The notes under the pieces are model-generated. The model saw nothing but the letters and a program-made list of their open reading frames with translations. It made no database searches and was not told the origin of the DNA. A DNA stretch of 64,000 bases. Source: the human T2T-CHM13v2.0 reference genome, Homo sapiens. Of the stretch, positions 28,526-42,734 are shown one piece after another; position 1 is the stretch's first letter, and every line of letters starts with the position of its first letter. Made by a program: the position numbers and the translations under genes. Location of the stretch: NCBI RefSeq assembly GCF_009914755.1, contig NC_060930.1. One strand, given 5' to 3'.

Positions 28526-28838
28526 TCTTTTATTATTATTATTTTTTTTTTTTTTTGCAATGGAGTCTTGCTCTATCGCCCAGGCTGGAGTGCAGTGGCG
28601 CGATCGCAGCTCACTGCAACCTCTGCCTCCCGAGTTCAAGTGATACTCTGCCTCAGCCTCCCAAGTATCTGGGATTACGGGCACCTGCCACCATGCCTGG
28701 CTAATTTTTTTGTACTTTTAGTAGAGATGGGGGTTTCGCCATCTTGGCCAGGCTGGTCTTGAACTCCTGACCTTGTGATCCACCCGCTTCGGCCTCCCAA
28801 AGTGCTGGGATTACAGGCGTGAGCCACCGTGCCTGGCC
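28526..28838 (-). mobile_element. AluS
   Basis: TSD aaagcaatt. Confidence 0.95.
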
Positions 28839-30345
28839 AAAGCAATTATTTTTACACATATGAATCACTAAAAACATAGGGGCAGGGGAAGGACTAAAAC
28901 TGCCCATAATCCCATCAACCTGAGACAATCTCTATTTAACATTTAGAGCAAATCTAGTTGATTTTCTATATGTAAATAAATATCCATATACTATGTAATT
29001 TTTACAGAAATGGCATTATATTATGCATATGTTTTGTTGCTTGCTTTTTCCCCCTCTTAGCCGTGTAGAGTGAGTAACATCTTTTTATGTCAATAACCCC
29101 TCACCCTCATCATTATCCATTGTATGGAAGAGAACTCTTTAATGAGATCAATTTCCCCTCCAGAAGCAGGAAACCTGGGCAGAAGCATTCCATGAGAAAC
29201 CTCACCTGCCTGTTTGATGTTCATCCGTTCAGAATTTCCTAAGGCAGTTTAATCCCATTGTTTCTCAACTACTTTCCGTTTCTTTGAGGGCCTAACAGCC
29301 CGCAAGAAAAGGGGAATGCAGTGGTCAATCATTAACCTGCTCCAACGAGAGAGACAACTCAGAAAGAAAACAAAAACACTTTTTTTTTTTTTTTGGCAAG
29401 ACCTAGTTCAAAATCTTATAGTTTTTTTCCGCGAATTGTTTTCAGTCCTCTTTCCCATACGCCGTTGTCTTTGTCTCCCTAGCCTACACGCACACCTCCC
29501 TTCAGATAATTTTTAACTTACGCTCTTTATTTCTTAACAAAAATAATGACATGACTTGCTCTCCCAGAGCTCTGACCTTAGGTTTGTTCTAGCTGCAACA
29601 CTAGTATAGACCATTCTATTAATTATGAATGTATTCATGTGTATAGAGGCAATGGTAGACCAGTGGTAATGTTACCTTATTCTGGAGACTTACACTTATA
29701 AATAAATAATGAGATGCTTCTGTGAAATGCCTTTAGCAAAGGCAGGGGAAAGCATTACTTCTCGAAAGACTGTACATTTGAAAGATTGAAAGGTGATACC
29801 AAAGGCTCTTCAATAACATATAAACCACGTCTGTGGAAAAAAAGAAAATAACATGAAAGAAGTGAACTGGAAATTCTATAATGCTAAATTGGGGACCAAA
29901 ATTTTCTAGATGGCAAGTGTAAAATCTAAGTGAACAGAACAGAGAACCTAAAATAGATTCTTGGAGATGTAGGAAAACTGATCTCTGATCCTCCAAATAT
30001 CTTTCTATGTTATACATTTAAAATACATCACTACATTTAAAAATCTGAGATGTTATTTATAATAAAATGCTACATTCCCATCATATCCTGTTAAAGATGG
30101 TATTGAAAAGTTGTGTTAAGTAATTCCAATGAGAGATTGGTATGTATGATTGATTGGTTATTATTAAACAGCATTTTTTTCTATCTTAACTAACTTATAT
30201 TGGGCTTGTGTATTAAGCTAGATATTCAAGTCTAGATACTAATTAAAACAGCTTCATGAAGTATAGTGGCCACTGGCTTCCTGGGAACATTTTTTCTGCG
30301 CTGAATATTCTAGTCAGTTTCTAGCAAATAGAAAATGCTTTGTGG

Positions 30346-30364
30346 TTGCCACTAGAGGGCAAAT
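30346..30364 (+). promoter_or_regulatory. CTCF-binding motif, forward orientation
   Basis: TTGCCACTAGAGGGCAAAT matches the core CCASYAGRKGGC. Confidence 0.75.
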
Positions 30365-31664
30365 AGCCTCCTGGACTTCTCTTTGACCAAAGAGTGTCTT
30401 GGTCCAAGCAGCCAGAGTTTTAAGGTCTCATATAAACTAGTCTTAAATCTTGCATTGCCGATTGTTAGTCAACTCACCAACTCAGCAAACTCAGAACATT
30501 TTAATTTGTTTTAACTCAAAATTTAAATAGGTTCTTTTATCAGTCTACTTACATGGCCCAATCTGGGATGATAGATCTCTTCGCTGAGTGCACTAACTTC
30601 TTACCTTCTTATCCTACCCCTTTACAATCTAGATATTAAACCCCACTGCTCAGCCAGCAAGGTGACCTAACTTCACAGCGTTCAACAGCATTCTTAGACC
30701 GTAGAGTGACATCAAAGGCATTTCCCAGCCTGATTCGTTTCTGCTTAACTTTCCAATCTCTCCTCCTGCCATTCCCTCATAGTCCCTTTACTCTGCACTA
30801 CTTCAGAGTTGCTGGCACTTTCTCAAATATATGATGTTATTTCATGCCCTCCTGTCTTTACTCAGGCTGTTACTTCTACCTGGGATGCTGGCACTGCCCA
30901 CCACACACTGTTGAAGACTCAGTTCAGGTATTACCTATAAGAAAGCCTTATACTCTTTGCTGATCCCCTTTTTCTTTCCCTTCTTTCTTTCCAGAGCAAT
31001 AGATTTACTTTTCCCTCCTCTATGCTCCTCTAGCATCTTTTACACACCTCAATAATAATACTAACTCTCCTCTTGTGATTATGTCTAGCAGAATATGAAT
31101 ATTCAATCTATTTTGAAATGTCAACTCAGTTGTTTTGTCTTTTCTTTGCTGCATTAGGAATTGTTAGGAGTTCTAGAAGAGGGATGGAATGCAAACAACA
31201 ACTCCCTTTCTCTCCAGGAAGAAGAGACCTGAAGCCCACGATTGTGGTTTTTGAAGACTGAGCTCTCTGCCCTTGCGTAAGGAGGTCCAAGATTTCTCCT
31301 TGATAAAAATGTGGACTGAAATGCTAGTTAAAAGAAGCAATTAGGGCTTTTGGTATAGAGAAATATTTGGAAGCTGAAGAGACTGAGGTGGACTGGAAAA
31401 GATTTGGAGATGCCAAACATCACAACTCAGAGACAGGAAAGTGGTCTGAAAATATAGCAGCTGCCTGGAGGTGCCAGGTGAGTGGGCTTGGAGAAGAGCC
31501 ACGATGAGGGCCACTGTTGGAGTCATACTGAAGAAACTCTTCACAGCCTTCCCCAGAGGACTATGCAGTTAAGCGGCAATTCTGCCTCATGTAGACAAAT
31601 AATCATGGAAGGTGATTCGCAGCCTGTGATCAACTTCTTTTTTATCCCAGCAAAAATAAGTGAT

Positions 31665-32007
31665 TCCTGAAAATTATCAAAATAATCAAACACAAGGAGA
31701 GTCTGAGAAACTGTCACAGCCAAGAGGAATCTTAAGGTGACATGATGGCTAAAGGCAATGTGGTACTCTAAATGGGATCTTGGAAAAGAAAAAGAACATT
31801 GGGGGAAAACTACAGAAATCTGAATAAAGTAGAGACTTTAGTTAATAATGTATCAGTATTGGTTTGTTAATTATAATTATATATACCATACTAAGGTAAG
31901 ATGTTAATAATATGAGAAACTGGGTGTGGAGTATATCCAATGTATCTGTCTTTCCAATGTCTTTGTAAATCTAAAATAGTTCTAAAAAATAAAGTTTATT
32001 TAAAAAG
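31665..32007 (+). mobile_element. L1MC-like 3' end
   Basis: gagaaactgtcacagccaagagg...aaatctgaataaag...aataaagtttatttaaaaa. Confidence 0.7.
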
Positions 32008-32415
32008 AAGGAGAAGGAGGAAAACACAGACTAACCTGTGAGGATGTGTCCTCCAAAACCCTCAGGACACTGGAAGCACCCAGGGGACCTGAACTCATGA
32101 ATTCCTTGGGTATAGGGATTGATTCATGCTGACATTCTCCATGGCCAGTGCACAGTATCTGGTTTTAAATAGTGGTCAATGCATAGTTACTGAATTAAAA
32201 TTTATTTCCAGTAAGGAAGACGCAAGAGGCAATAAAGATAATGTTTTTCTTCTGATGATAAATAAAACTGCAAAATATATTTTGTGTACTTAAGTTGATT
32301 GAAAATTTTGTAGGGATATCCAGTTCAACAGAGTTCACCCTGACATTTGGAAAAAACTGTGCTCTTAGTGCAGAAAGTGACACAAGACTCCATTCTTTAA
32401 GAATACTACTATTTT

Positions 32416-32719
32416 GCCAGACGTGGTGGCTCACGCCTGTAATCCCAGCACTTTGGGAGGCTGAGGTAGGCGGATCATGAGCGCAGGAGATCGAGACCAT
32501 TCTGGGCTAACACAGTGAAACCCCGTCTCTACTAAAAATGCAAAAATTAGCTGGGAGTGGTGACACGTTCCTGTAATCCCAGCTACTCAGGAGGCTGAGG
32601 CAGGAGAATCGCTTGAAAACCCAGGAGGCGGAGGTCACAGTGAGCCGAGATCGTGCCACTACACTCCAGCCTGGGCAACAGAGTGAGACTCCATCTCAAA
32701 AAAAATAAAAAAGAAAAAA
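32416..32719 (+). mobile_element. AluSc-like
   Basis: TSD aagaatact(a/g)ctatttt. Confidence 0.93.
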
Positions 32720-33701
32720 GAATACTGCTATTTTTTCTGATGTTCTGATGTTAACCTGGAGGAAAACCATCCTTATAAAAATAAGATATTAAAATCAGGG
32801 AAGAAAATACACAAATAGAGATTGGGTACATAATATCTAATAGTTTTAAGTAAAGAATAAAGGTTCAGTTTCTTTTTCATATAAAAGGAAGCAAACATAT
32901 TAAAATTCTCCTAAGTACTAATATTTTAAGTACATAGACTGAAAATTGAAAGTGTTCATATATTTTTGATACGAAATTGTTCTCTGATGTTTTTTAGTCT
33001 AGTAAAAGTCCCTTGACAAATGATAATTATTAAATAGTATTTTATCCATGGTTACTTCAAAATAATTTGTTATATAGACATTGTATTTTTAAAGTTTGTC
33101 TATTTCATGATATTTGTCTTTCAGTATGGTAAGGTACAGTAGAAACTTTATACTTAAAAGAAGAAGATGTTGCAGAAAGGAAAGATGGCCAAAAAATAAA
33201 GGTTCAGATCATGAATTTGAAAGCTTTCCTCTGTCCAGATTCTCCACATTGACTCAATCAGTTGGGGGTCTTGCTGATGACTCAGGACTCTGCTAAACTG
33301 TCTTGCTTATCACAAGGGCGACTATCAGCCACACAAATATAAAGCTGTAACCCTCTCTCCTTGGCAAGGAAGTAAAAACCAAATAGATTTTTAGCTTGAA
33401 CAGGCAACCCAAACTGATAGTTTATTCTTGACATATTGAGAAAGATAAAAAGGTCATTTTTTGGTATTCTCAGAATAAATCAATGATGTTTTAAAAAGTA
33501 CTCATGTCCAGATGATGGTAATTACATGAGACAGATGTGGTGTTTCTCTCTCAAAATAAAATAAATGAAAGGAATGAAGAAAAGGAGAGAGGACAAAGAA
33601 ATGCATATGATTGAAAGCAACAGGGTAGTAAGAGTTCTGGGTGGTATAGAGAGGAAAGAAAACTGAGTAGATACCCTCTCTTCCTGCCAATAATTCTATG
33701 A

Positions 33702-34046
<345 letters not shown>

Positions 34047-34807
34047 GTTTGTTTAGGTGCCTTTTCTAACTTTCTTAACAACTTCAACAAAAAATTATTA
34101 TGCATATATTTTAGAAATGAGGATGCTGGAGGGTCAGATTGTTTAGTAACTGATCCAAGGTCACCTACCTAGTAGGAAGCAAACCCAGGGGTCAAATGTA
34201 GATCTATTTGATTCCATAAACCATGGAACCTTCTATACTACCTCTCAGAATTTCCCTGTCAAAACTTTTCCGGAATGATTTTGGATTAAAAATTTTGATT
34301 GGTTAATTCATAGTAATAAGAGCTACCAAAAACCCAATTCATTGTTGAAACTAATTGAACCTCATCAATTATTTCAACTTTTTTTGTATCTCTAATCTTT
34401 GCTATCTTTTGCGATCCATAAAAAAAGATTTTCTTATTTATGCCAAATTCTTTATGCTATACTATGATACAAACCAAATCAATCTGCAATTTATTGCACT
34501 GGTCCCATTATGCTACATCCGCATGCAGAATGTTGAAAGCAATGCTCAAAACTCTGATTTTCTGTATATGTTATTTGTGACCCACATAGTGTTTTAATTC
34601 TGAACATTTCTTTTGGTTAATTATTATTGCTTCCAATTCTCTGTGGAAAGTTTGCATCTTGACTCTTAATTTCTTAAAATATCAGTGGTGGCCATTTTAC
34701 AGTCTGTGTCTGAAAACACCGTTATCTGGATCCCACTGTAGGTCTGTTTCTGGTGCCTGTTTTTCTTTTGTTTTTTGGTCACATCCTGTCTCCTTGTTTG
34801 CCTGGTT

Positions 34808-35111
34808 GTTTTCTTTTCTTTTCTTTTTTGAGATGGAGTCTCGCTCTGTCACCCAAGCTGGAGTGCAGTGGCGTGATCTCTGGCTCACTGCAACCTCCGC
34901 CTCCCGGGTTCAAGTGATTCTCCTGCCTCAGCCTCCTGAGTAGCTGGGATTACACGCATGCACTACCATGCCTGGCTAATTTTTGTATTTTTAGTAGAGA
35001 TGGGGTTTCACCATGTTGGCCAGGCTGGTCTCAAACTCCTGACCTCAGGCGATCTGCCCGCCTTGGCTCCCAAAGTGCTGGGATTGCAGGTGGGAAACAC
35101 CATGTCCAGCC
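34808..35111 (-). mobile_element. AluS
   Basis: Antisense Alu dimer. Confidence 0.93.
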
Positions 35112-36569
35112 TGGCTGGTTGTTTTCTATTGCCAGATGTCGCATGTGGAAATTGTCACAAGACTCTGTATAATGCTTTGTTCCTCTAGAGAAAATGTACA
35201 CATGCTTTGGCAAGGAGCTAGGTTAGATGCACTAGTAACCTCAAAACACTTTAATCCAATCAGCAATTGGAGATCATCTGAGGTTGAGTTTCAGTTCCTG
35301 TTAGATTTGATATAGTTCCAGTTCAGTATTATCCTTAGGTATAACTCCTCTGGATCCAAATTGCCTGCCTGAGATATTTACCATGATCCCTACTCTTTAA
35401 CAAACACTGACCTCCCATTTTTGGTCCCCCAGCTCTATGAGTCTGTCCAGCTCTCTGTTTTCAACCTTTAAGCCACAGCTTTCAAAATCAACAATCATCT
35501 TTAAGAGAAAAGTGAACCCAAATACCAGGTTTACCTCCATGGACTTTCATCTTCTCCCTGCTCTTGACTCCATAATTCTTCACTGTTTTGTTGGCTCTGC
35601 AAAAATTTCAGATTTTAATATTTTTTAATATTTAGTTTGGCTTCTCTAGCTGTTACTGGGAAGGTTGATCCAAAATAACCTAGGCCATCATTGCTGGAAG
35701 AGGATTTACCTATACAATATCAATTATTTTTACTTACTGTCAATAAAGACATACAGTTTCGACTTAAATTGAGATGTTTGGTTTCTCATAAAAAATTAGG
35801 AGCTATGGCAAACTGATCCCAAGTTTCTGCATATCAGCCATCTGTTGAATCAGAGTAAGGGCTGCCACTTAGAGATGGGTCAGGCAGCATCCAGTTCACA
35901 AGCATCGTTTGTTCCAACATCTTAGTTTCTTATACCAGAAACTTGACCAGTGGCAGAATGCCTAAAACTAAGATGTAAGAAACATCTAAACACCTAAAAC
36001 TAAGATGTAAGATGTTTCTTACATCTTAGTTTCTTAAACTTTTATTCATTTCTGCCACTTGTCTGGCCCTTTTAGGCATTTGCTTTTCTGACCTCTGGTT
36101 CAAGTGAGTAATTACAAACCAGGCAACAGGGATCCAAATAAAATATCCCAAGTTCTTTTCCCACAATATTATTTAGCACCCAGCAGCAACACAGGTTCTG
36201 CTTAGTCCCATTGATAAACCCTCAGAACTAAAGAAATGTTCGTTCATATACTTCTGTGCATTTACTTGAAGTAAATCTCACAACATTGTTTTTATAGTAT
36301 ATTCTACACCAAGTTTGCAATCATAGATATTTCTCTTTTTTAACCCACAAACTTGGATTATCTACAACATGACCAAGGAATTCTAATCTGTATCAATTAT
36401 TTAAAGATTTAAAATTCCTTCTTTAATTGAATCTCATCCTTGTTTCCTCAACTGAACTAACTAAATTATTGTGCATGGAATTTTGCAAAAATTAATTTGA
36501 ATAATAGTGATTGTTAAGGTTTCAGGGGAGAGGTTAACTTTCTCATAGATTCTATCCATGATTGGCAAA

Positions 36570-36870
36570 TATTCATTCCATTTCTCACTCATCAAATATT
36601 TGAGCAGACGCCCTGTACCAGGCAGGCAGTGTCCTGAATGCTGAAGATGCCAAGATGAATAAGACACAAGCCCTGACCTAGAGAAGCTCACTGTGGTAGG
36701 GAGACAGACATGAAACACAGTCCTTACAACACTCTGTGATAAATATTATAATCGAGTTATGAACCAAGAGCTATGGGAGTAAATGACTAGGTATGTCTGA
36801 GGAGTTAAAAAAAAAAAAAGCTTCTCAGAGCAAATGGCATTTCAACCTGCTCTTAAAAGGATAATCTTGG
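36570..36870 (-). mobile_element. L2 3' fragment
   Basis: attcattccatttctcactcatcaaatatttgagc...gatgaataagacacaagccctgacc. Confidence 0.6.
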
Positions 36871-36951
36871 TGCTGGTCCAGTACAGAAGAGGAAGGGGGT
36901 TTTTGTGTCTTCTTACCTGAACCGTGCTACCCCAGAAGCTCCCACTAGTAA

Positions 36952-37294
<343 letters not shown>

Positions 37295-38214
37295 TATACT
37301 GATCTTTCCAAATCACAAATACTATCACTGATTTCCCATCCTTTTCACAATGAATTCAGACCCCTTGGCTGGCATCAAAGGCCTTTGTCATTCTAAGCCC
37401 TGATTCAACATCCAGCTCCAGTTCCTGCCATGCCTCCCAGGCAGGGAATGTGCTGCAGGTGGAATGGAACTTAAAAGACCATGGTACCACATGTCTCCAT
37501 GTCTTTTGCATGAGTTTCCTCTGCCTCATGCATGTTGTCTAAGCCTCTTTCCATAGCACTTTATGAATGCCTGTATTAGCACCTATCCACTATATAGTAA
37601 AACCTATTTACCTTATCTGAGTTCATCCAAAAGACCACTGGATCCATATAGCTTGGCCCATTACTTAACACACAACTGTTTCTCAATGTATATTTGGGAT
37701 CAATGAATGAATTAAAGAGACACTGCCATAACTAGTGTGGCGAAATTCGAGGGTAAAGGGAGAACCTGGAATGAGATGAGATGCATAAGGTACCACTATG
37801 TATGAAGATAACTATATCCCAGGTTATATACATACTTTTATTAAGATGCTGCTGCTAAATCTCTCAGAAATACTGTTGTTCACTCGTGTCCAAGAGTGTA
37901 TCATAGTCAACAGATTTTTCAGTAACATTTGGTTTAAAAAAATATCCTTCTTGGACCATAATAATAAAGGAAAATTTGAGATACCCTGACAGTGGCATCA
38001 GAAACACACACACACACATACATATCTATGTATGTGTGTGTGTGTATATTACTTAAAGTAAAACATAAGCATAGCTACATCTTTGAATGGATTTTTCTAA
38101 GGCTTTTGTCTGTGCTATTTCTGTTTATTCTTCCTGATTGCAGATCTCAGTTGTTATCTGTTGGGTCTGAGATCTTCATAGGTCTAACTCGGGTCCTAAT
38201 TTTCCTCAAAAGTT

Positions 38215-38483
38215 GGAGTTCTAAATGTAATTTGGTACCCAGATTGTACTCTGGAATGGATAAAGTACATTAGTGGAAAAACTGGTGAAATTCAAATGAA
38301 GTTTGTAGCTTAGTTGATAGTAATATAACTAAGTTCTTGATAATCACAAATGTGGCATAGTTATGGAAGATGGAAGTATCTGGGAAAACTGGATAAAGAG
38401 TGTATAGGAACAATCTGGATCTATCTTTGCAACTTTTCTGTACACCTAAAATTATTCCAAATAAAAATTTTATTTAAAAAAAA
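38215..38483 (+). mobile_element. L1M 3' end fragment
   Basis: gtggaaaaactggtgaaattcaaatgaag...ctatctttgcaacttttctgt...aaattattccaaataaaa. Confidence 0.65.
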
Positions 38484-39241
38484 TTGAAGAACATTAAGAA
38501 TTATGTTCAGAGCATTATGTCACCTACAGAGAAATCAAATTCACTTGAAGACTGACCCCATGATGTATTATTACAACCTGATATATCTTAGGCGCCTCAT
38601 ACTGCAGGGAATCAATGACTTCCTTTACAAACGTTCTTCTGTGCTATTCTTTGCCTTCCAGACTTTCTGGATTTTAGATTTGTATGTATATTCTAGGGAA
38701 AATTCACATGTATCTTGTTTGTTGTGCGTATTGTCTTCATCTAGAACTGATATTCCCAGGGTCCCTCATTAAGCTAGAAAAGTCACTGGGAAGTAATCTG
38801 TATTCTTTGAATACTACTACTAAACAAGAACAGCTAAATATAAAAAATAAAAAACATTTACCATAGAAATTCTTTGGTGGTATATTTCTTTTTCATTTTT
38901 AATATCAATAACAGTAATTCATGTTTGTTGTGGAAATTTTAGGAAGTAAAGACAAAATGTGTATTTTGTTTTTATTGTTATAAATTAATATTTAATTGTT
39001 CTAAGGAAAAAGAACATTCAATGTACTGTAATTACATGTTAAGATGACTGTGGAAACAGAATGAAATGCTAGATTTTGTTATGACAAGCAGACGTTTCTA
39101 AGTAATATCACATAAACAGTACATAGCTTAACAAAGCAAGAAGCATCTTCTGCTGGGTAATTCCATGGCTTGCGCCTATATAAATACAACCTACATAAAT
39201 GAGAACAAAAACTTGTAAGAATCCAGTGACTTGAAATATCA

Positions 39242-39556
<315 letters not shown>

Positions 39557-40539
39557 TCAGATAATTAGCCAACCTACTGCCTAATCCGCTCTGTGGAACA
39601 TCTCAGCTTAATAATAAAGTTATTAAGTGACTCATTCTTCTCCAAGACTGCTGGCTACTAGCGGGGCCTCTTCTTAATGCTACCAAGAAGAGTATTCTCT
39701 CTCTGAGAATATGCAAAAATATCATTTTAATATATGAGATTCTGAAATCCACAGGCAAATGGATCAAATAAAGAAAGGACTAACCTAAGTGGGAATAATT
39801 TTGTTTGACCCCCACAAAGCGACTGGGCAAATCAGACCAGATCCATAATCAGAGTTTCCAAGTGGCTGGCAGCGCTGTTTCCTGACCAAAGTTAGAGAAG
39901 TGCAAAAGACACAGGTGACCTCACAGGCCGCCTGACAAACCCCTGAATGTTCTCTGGTGTAGTCAGAGATGAAAGGAGGGTAGAAGATAAGAGGAGTTTT
40001 AAATTACAGATCTTAGCATCAGTGTGTGCTAGCTGAAGGAGGAGGCTCAGAGGGCGATGAACATGCTACAAAGAGCCTTGTGAAGTGGGGCATGGAGTGT
40101 GTCCCCTAATCAGCGGACATTCTATTAGAGGGCATTCATTCATTTCATCTATCCTATTTACAAGGAAACCCAGGAATAATTTCAAATGACAAGTAAGAAA
40201 AAGAGAAAAATATATATATTTTTTGACTTAAAGACTTGGAAAAGATTCTTCTACAATGCATTCTTCCACTTGGAAAGTAGGCACTTTGGGTGGCTGTATC
40301 AACAGTATGAAAACACAGAAAAGCATTTTTTCTTGAAAGAAATTACTAGATGGTATCTTAGCAGACTGAATTTAGAAACAGGTGATAATATTTTTACACA
40401 AATTGATATGCTCCTATCTACATTCTGAATATAGCAAATTTAAAAGTCGTCTTTCTTTCCTGTGCTTGCTGTCCCGACGCACAAGATGATGTAGATAAGG
40501 CACCTCCCATTTTAATGGGCTCCTCCCTTGCTTGTGAGG

Positions 40540-41225
40540 TTTCTTCCAGGCTGTGTCATGTTAACAGCATTTGACCTGGCTGAGGAACTCCCTGCTCCTT
40601 GAAACCATTTCTTTCCTTCTCTTCTCTTTCTCACTGGCCACTCTTCTCAGGCTGACTTTCTGCTTCCTCTTCTCCGCAACCTCGGAACGTTGAAGGGATG
40701 CAGAACTTGGCTCTGGGACCCCCTCTCTAACTACTCTCTCTCCCTAGAAGACATTCTCCAGTCTTACCATTTCATATTCCATTCACGTAGAGATAATCAC
40801 TCCCAAATGCATATCTCCAGCCCAAATGTATATCTCCAGCCCATATGCCTCCCCTGAACACTAGACTTAGATGTCCAATTACCTACTCAACATTGCCATA
40901 TTAAGCTTAGTAGGCATCTCAAATTAATATTTGCAGAATTAAACTCTTCTTCCCCCAAACCTGCTCCTCACACAGGATTCTCTGTCAATATCAAAGTCAA
41001 CCCTTCCAGATGTTGAGACCAAATGCTGCAGAATCGTTTTTGACTCTTCTCTATGACCCACATTCGCTCCATAGGCAAATCCCACTGGCCATGCCTTCCA
41101 AATACATTCAGTTACTTCTCAACACCTCTGCAGAATCACCCTGGTCAAAGCCTGGATGATTACAGTAGCCTCCTCCTTCCTTCTGTTCTTTTGTTCCACA
41201 GAATGGTCTCAACACAGCCGCCAGA
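40540..41225 (+). mobile_element. L2 fragment
   Basis: cagcatttgac...ctccttgaaac, cccaaatgtatatctccagccc, aggcatctcaaattaat. Confidence 0.65.
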
Positions 41226-41405
41226 GGCTCTTCCCCTATGTCTCTCAATATCTTACTGACCATTGCTTAAAAACTTGCTTGAGGGAATGGCTGTCATTCC
41301 CATGGAAGACAAATCATAATACCGTTCAACTTAAATTTGTTTAAAAAGAAGATTCCATATGAACATGTTAATTAATTAATTGGAAGCATATAATACTGGA
41401 GTTGA

Positions 41406-41787
<382 letters not shown>

Positions 41788-41876
41788 TGAGCCTCACTCA
41801 GTCCATGGTAGAGCTAGCACCACAGTCAGATTAGGTCTCAGGTCTCATTACTTCTCAGAGCAGGGATCTATGAGGT

Positions 41877-41877
41877 T

Positions 41878-41916
<39 letters not shown>

Positions 41917-41920
41917 TTTT
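41877..41920 (+). repeat. (TTTA)n microsatellite
   Basis: About 10 tandem TTTA units. Confidence 0.95.
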
Positions 41921-42519
41921 TTCCCCAGAATATTTTGCAAAGGATTAGTCACATTTTCCCCAGATCAACTGATTTTTTCTTCAGATAATGTGCTAATTAC
42001 AGAAGTTATATAGTTCAGTTTCATAAAAAGATACGTTGTATGTAACTTCGGCTTAAAATGAAGTACCAGAGTTAAGAATATGTTTCTCATGATTTATAAT
42101 TCTGTTGAATTTTGAGATCTTTTAGGGAGTGAGCTCATGTTGTTCTCACCAAACTCAGTGAAGAGTTTTCATTGTCAGAAGAAGGGCTCCACCCTCGCCT
42201 TTGCTGGCTCTGATCAACATCAATGCCAAAGCGGCTGTGGTGGTTACACTGCATTGGGAGTACTCCAAAGCGAAACTTGGCTGGGTAAACTCTACTCCTC
42301 CTTTCTCTCCTAAGAGGCTATATTTGGAGAACCAGTTTGCCCTGCTCATCTTGGGGTTTTTATATTTATTTTTTGACAAATTCTTCCCCAACCATGCCTG
42401 GCTTGATATTAAGCTTGAAAGTATAGCATGCACATGAATACTAGTATTTAAATGATTAGTGGTTAGACTTCTAAGACTAAGTATACTGTGGATGCATACC
42501 TATCTATATAGATATTGGT

Positions 42520-42734
42520 TGGCCTCCCAGGCTCAGGTAATTCTCCCACTTCAACCTCCCAAGTAGCTGAGACTATACAGACATGCCAACATGGCCGGCT
42601 AAATTTTGTATATTTTGTAGAGACAGGGTTTTGCCATGTTGCCCAGGCTGGTTTCAAACTCCTGGGCTTAAGCAATCAGCCCACCTTGGCCTCCCAAAGT
42701 GCTGGGATTACAGGTGCGAGTCACCAAACCCAGC
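42520..42734 (-). mobile_element. Truncated AluJ
   Basis: Partial, diverged antisense Alu. Confidence 0.8.

Noticed and set aside
40120-40135. CTATTAGAGGGC as a second CTCF site
   Set aside because: Mismatches at key core positions.
40802-40842. 19-bp tandem duplication
   Set aside because: Ordinary slippage within an L2 fragment.
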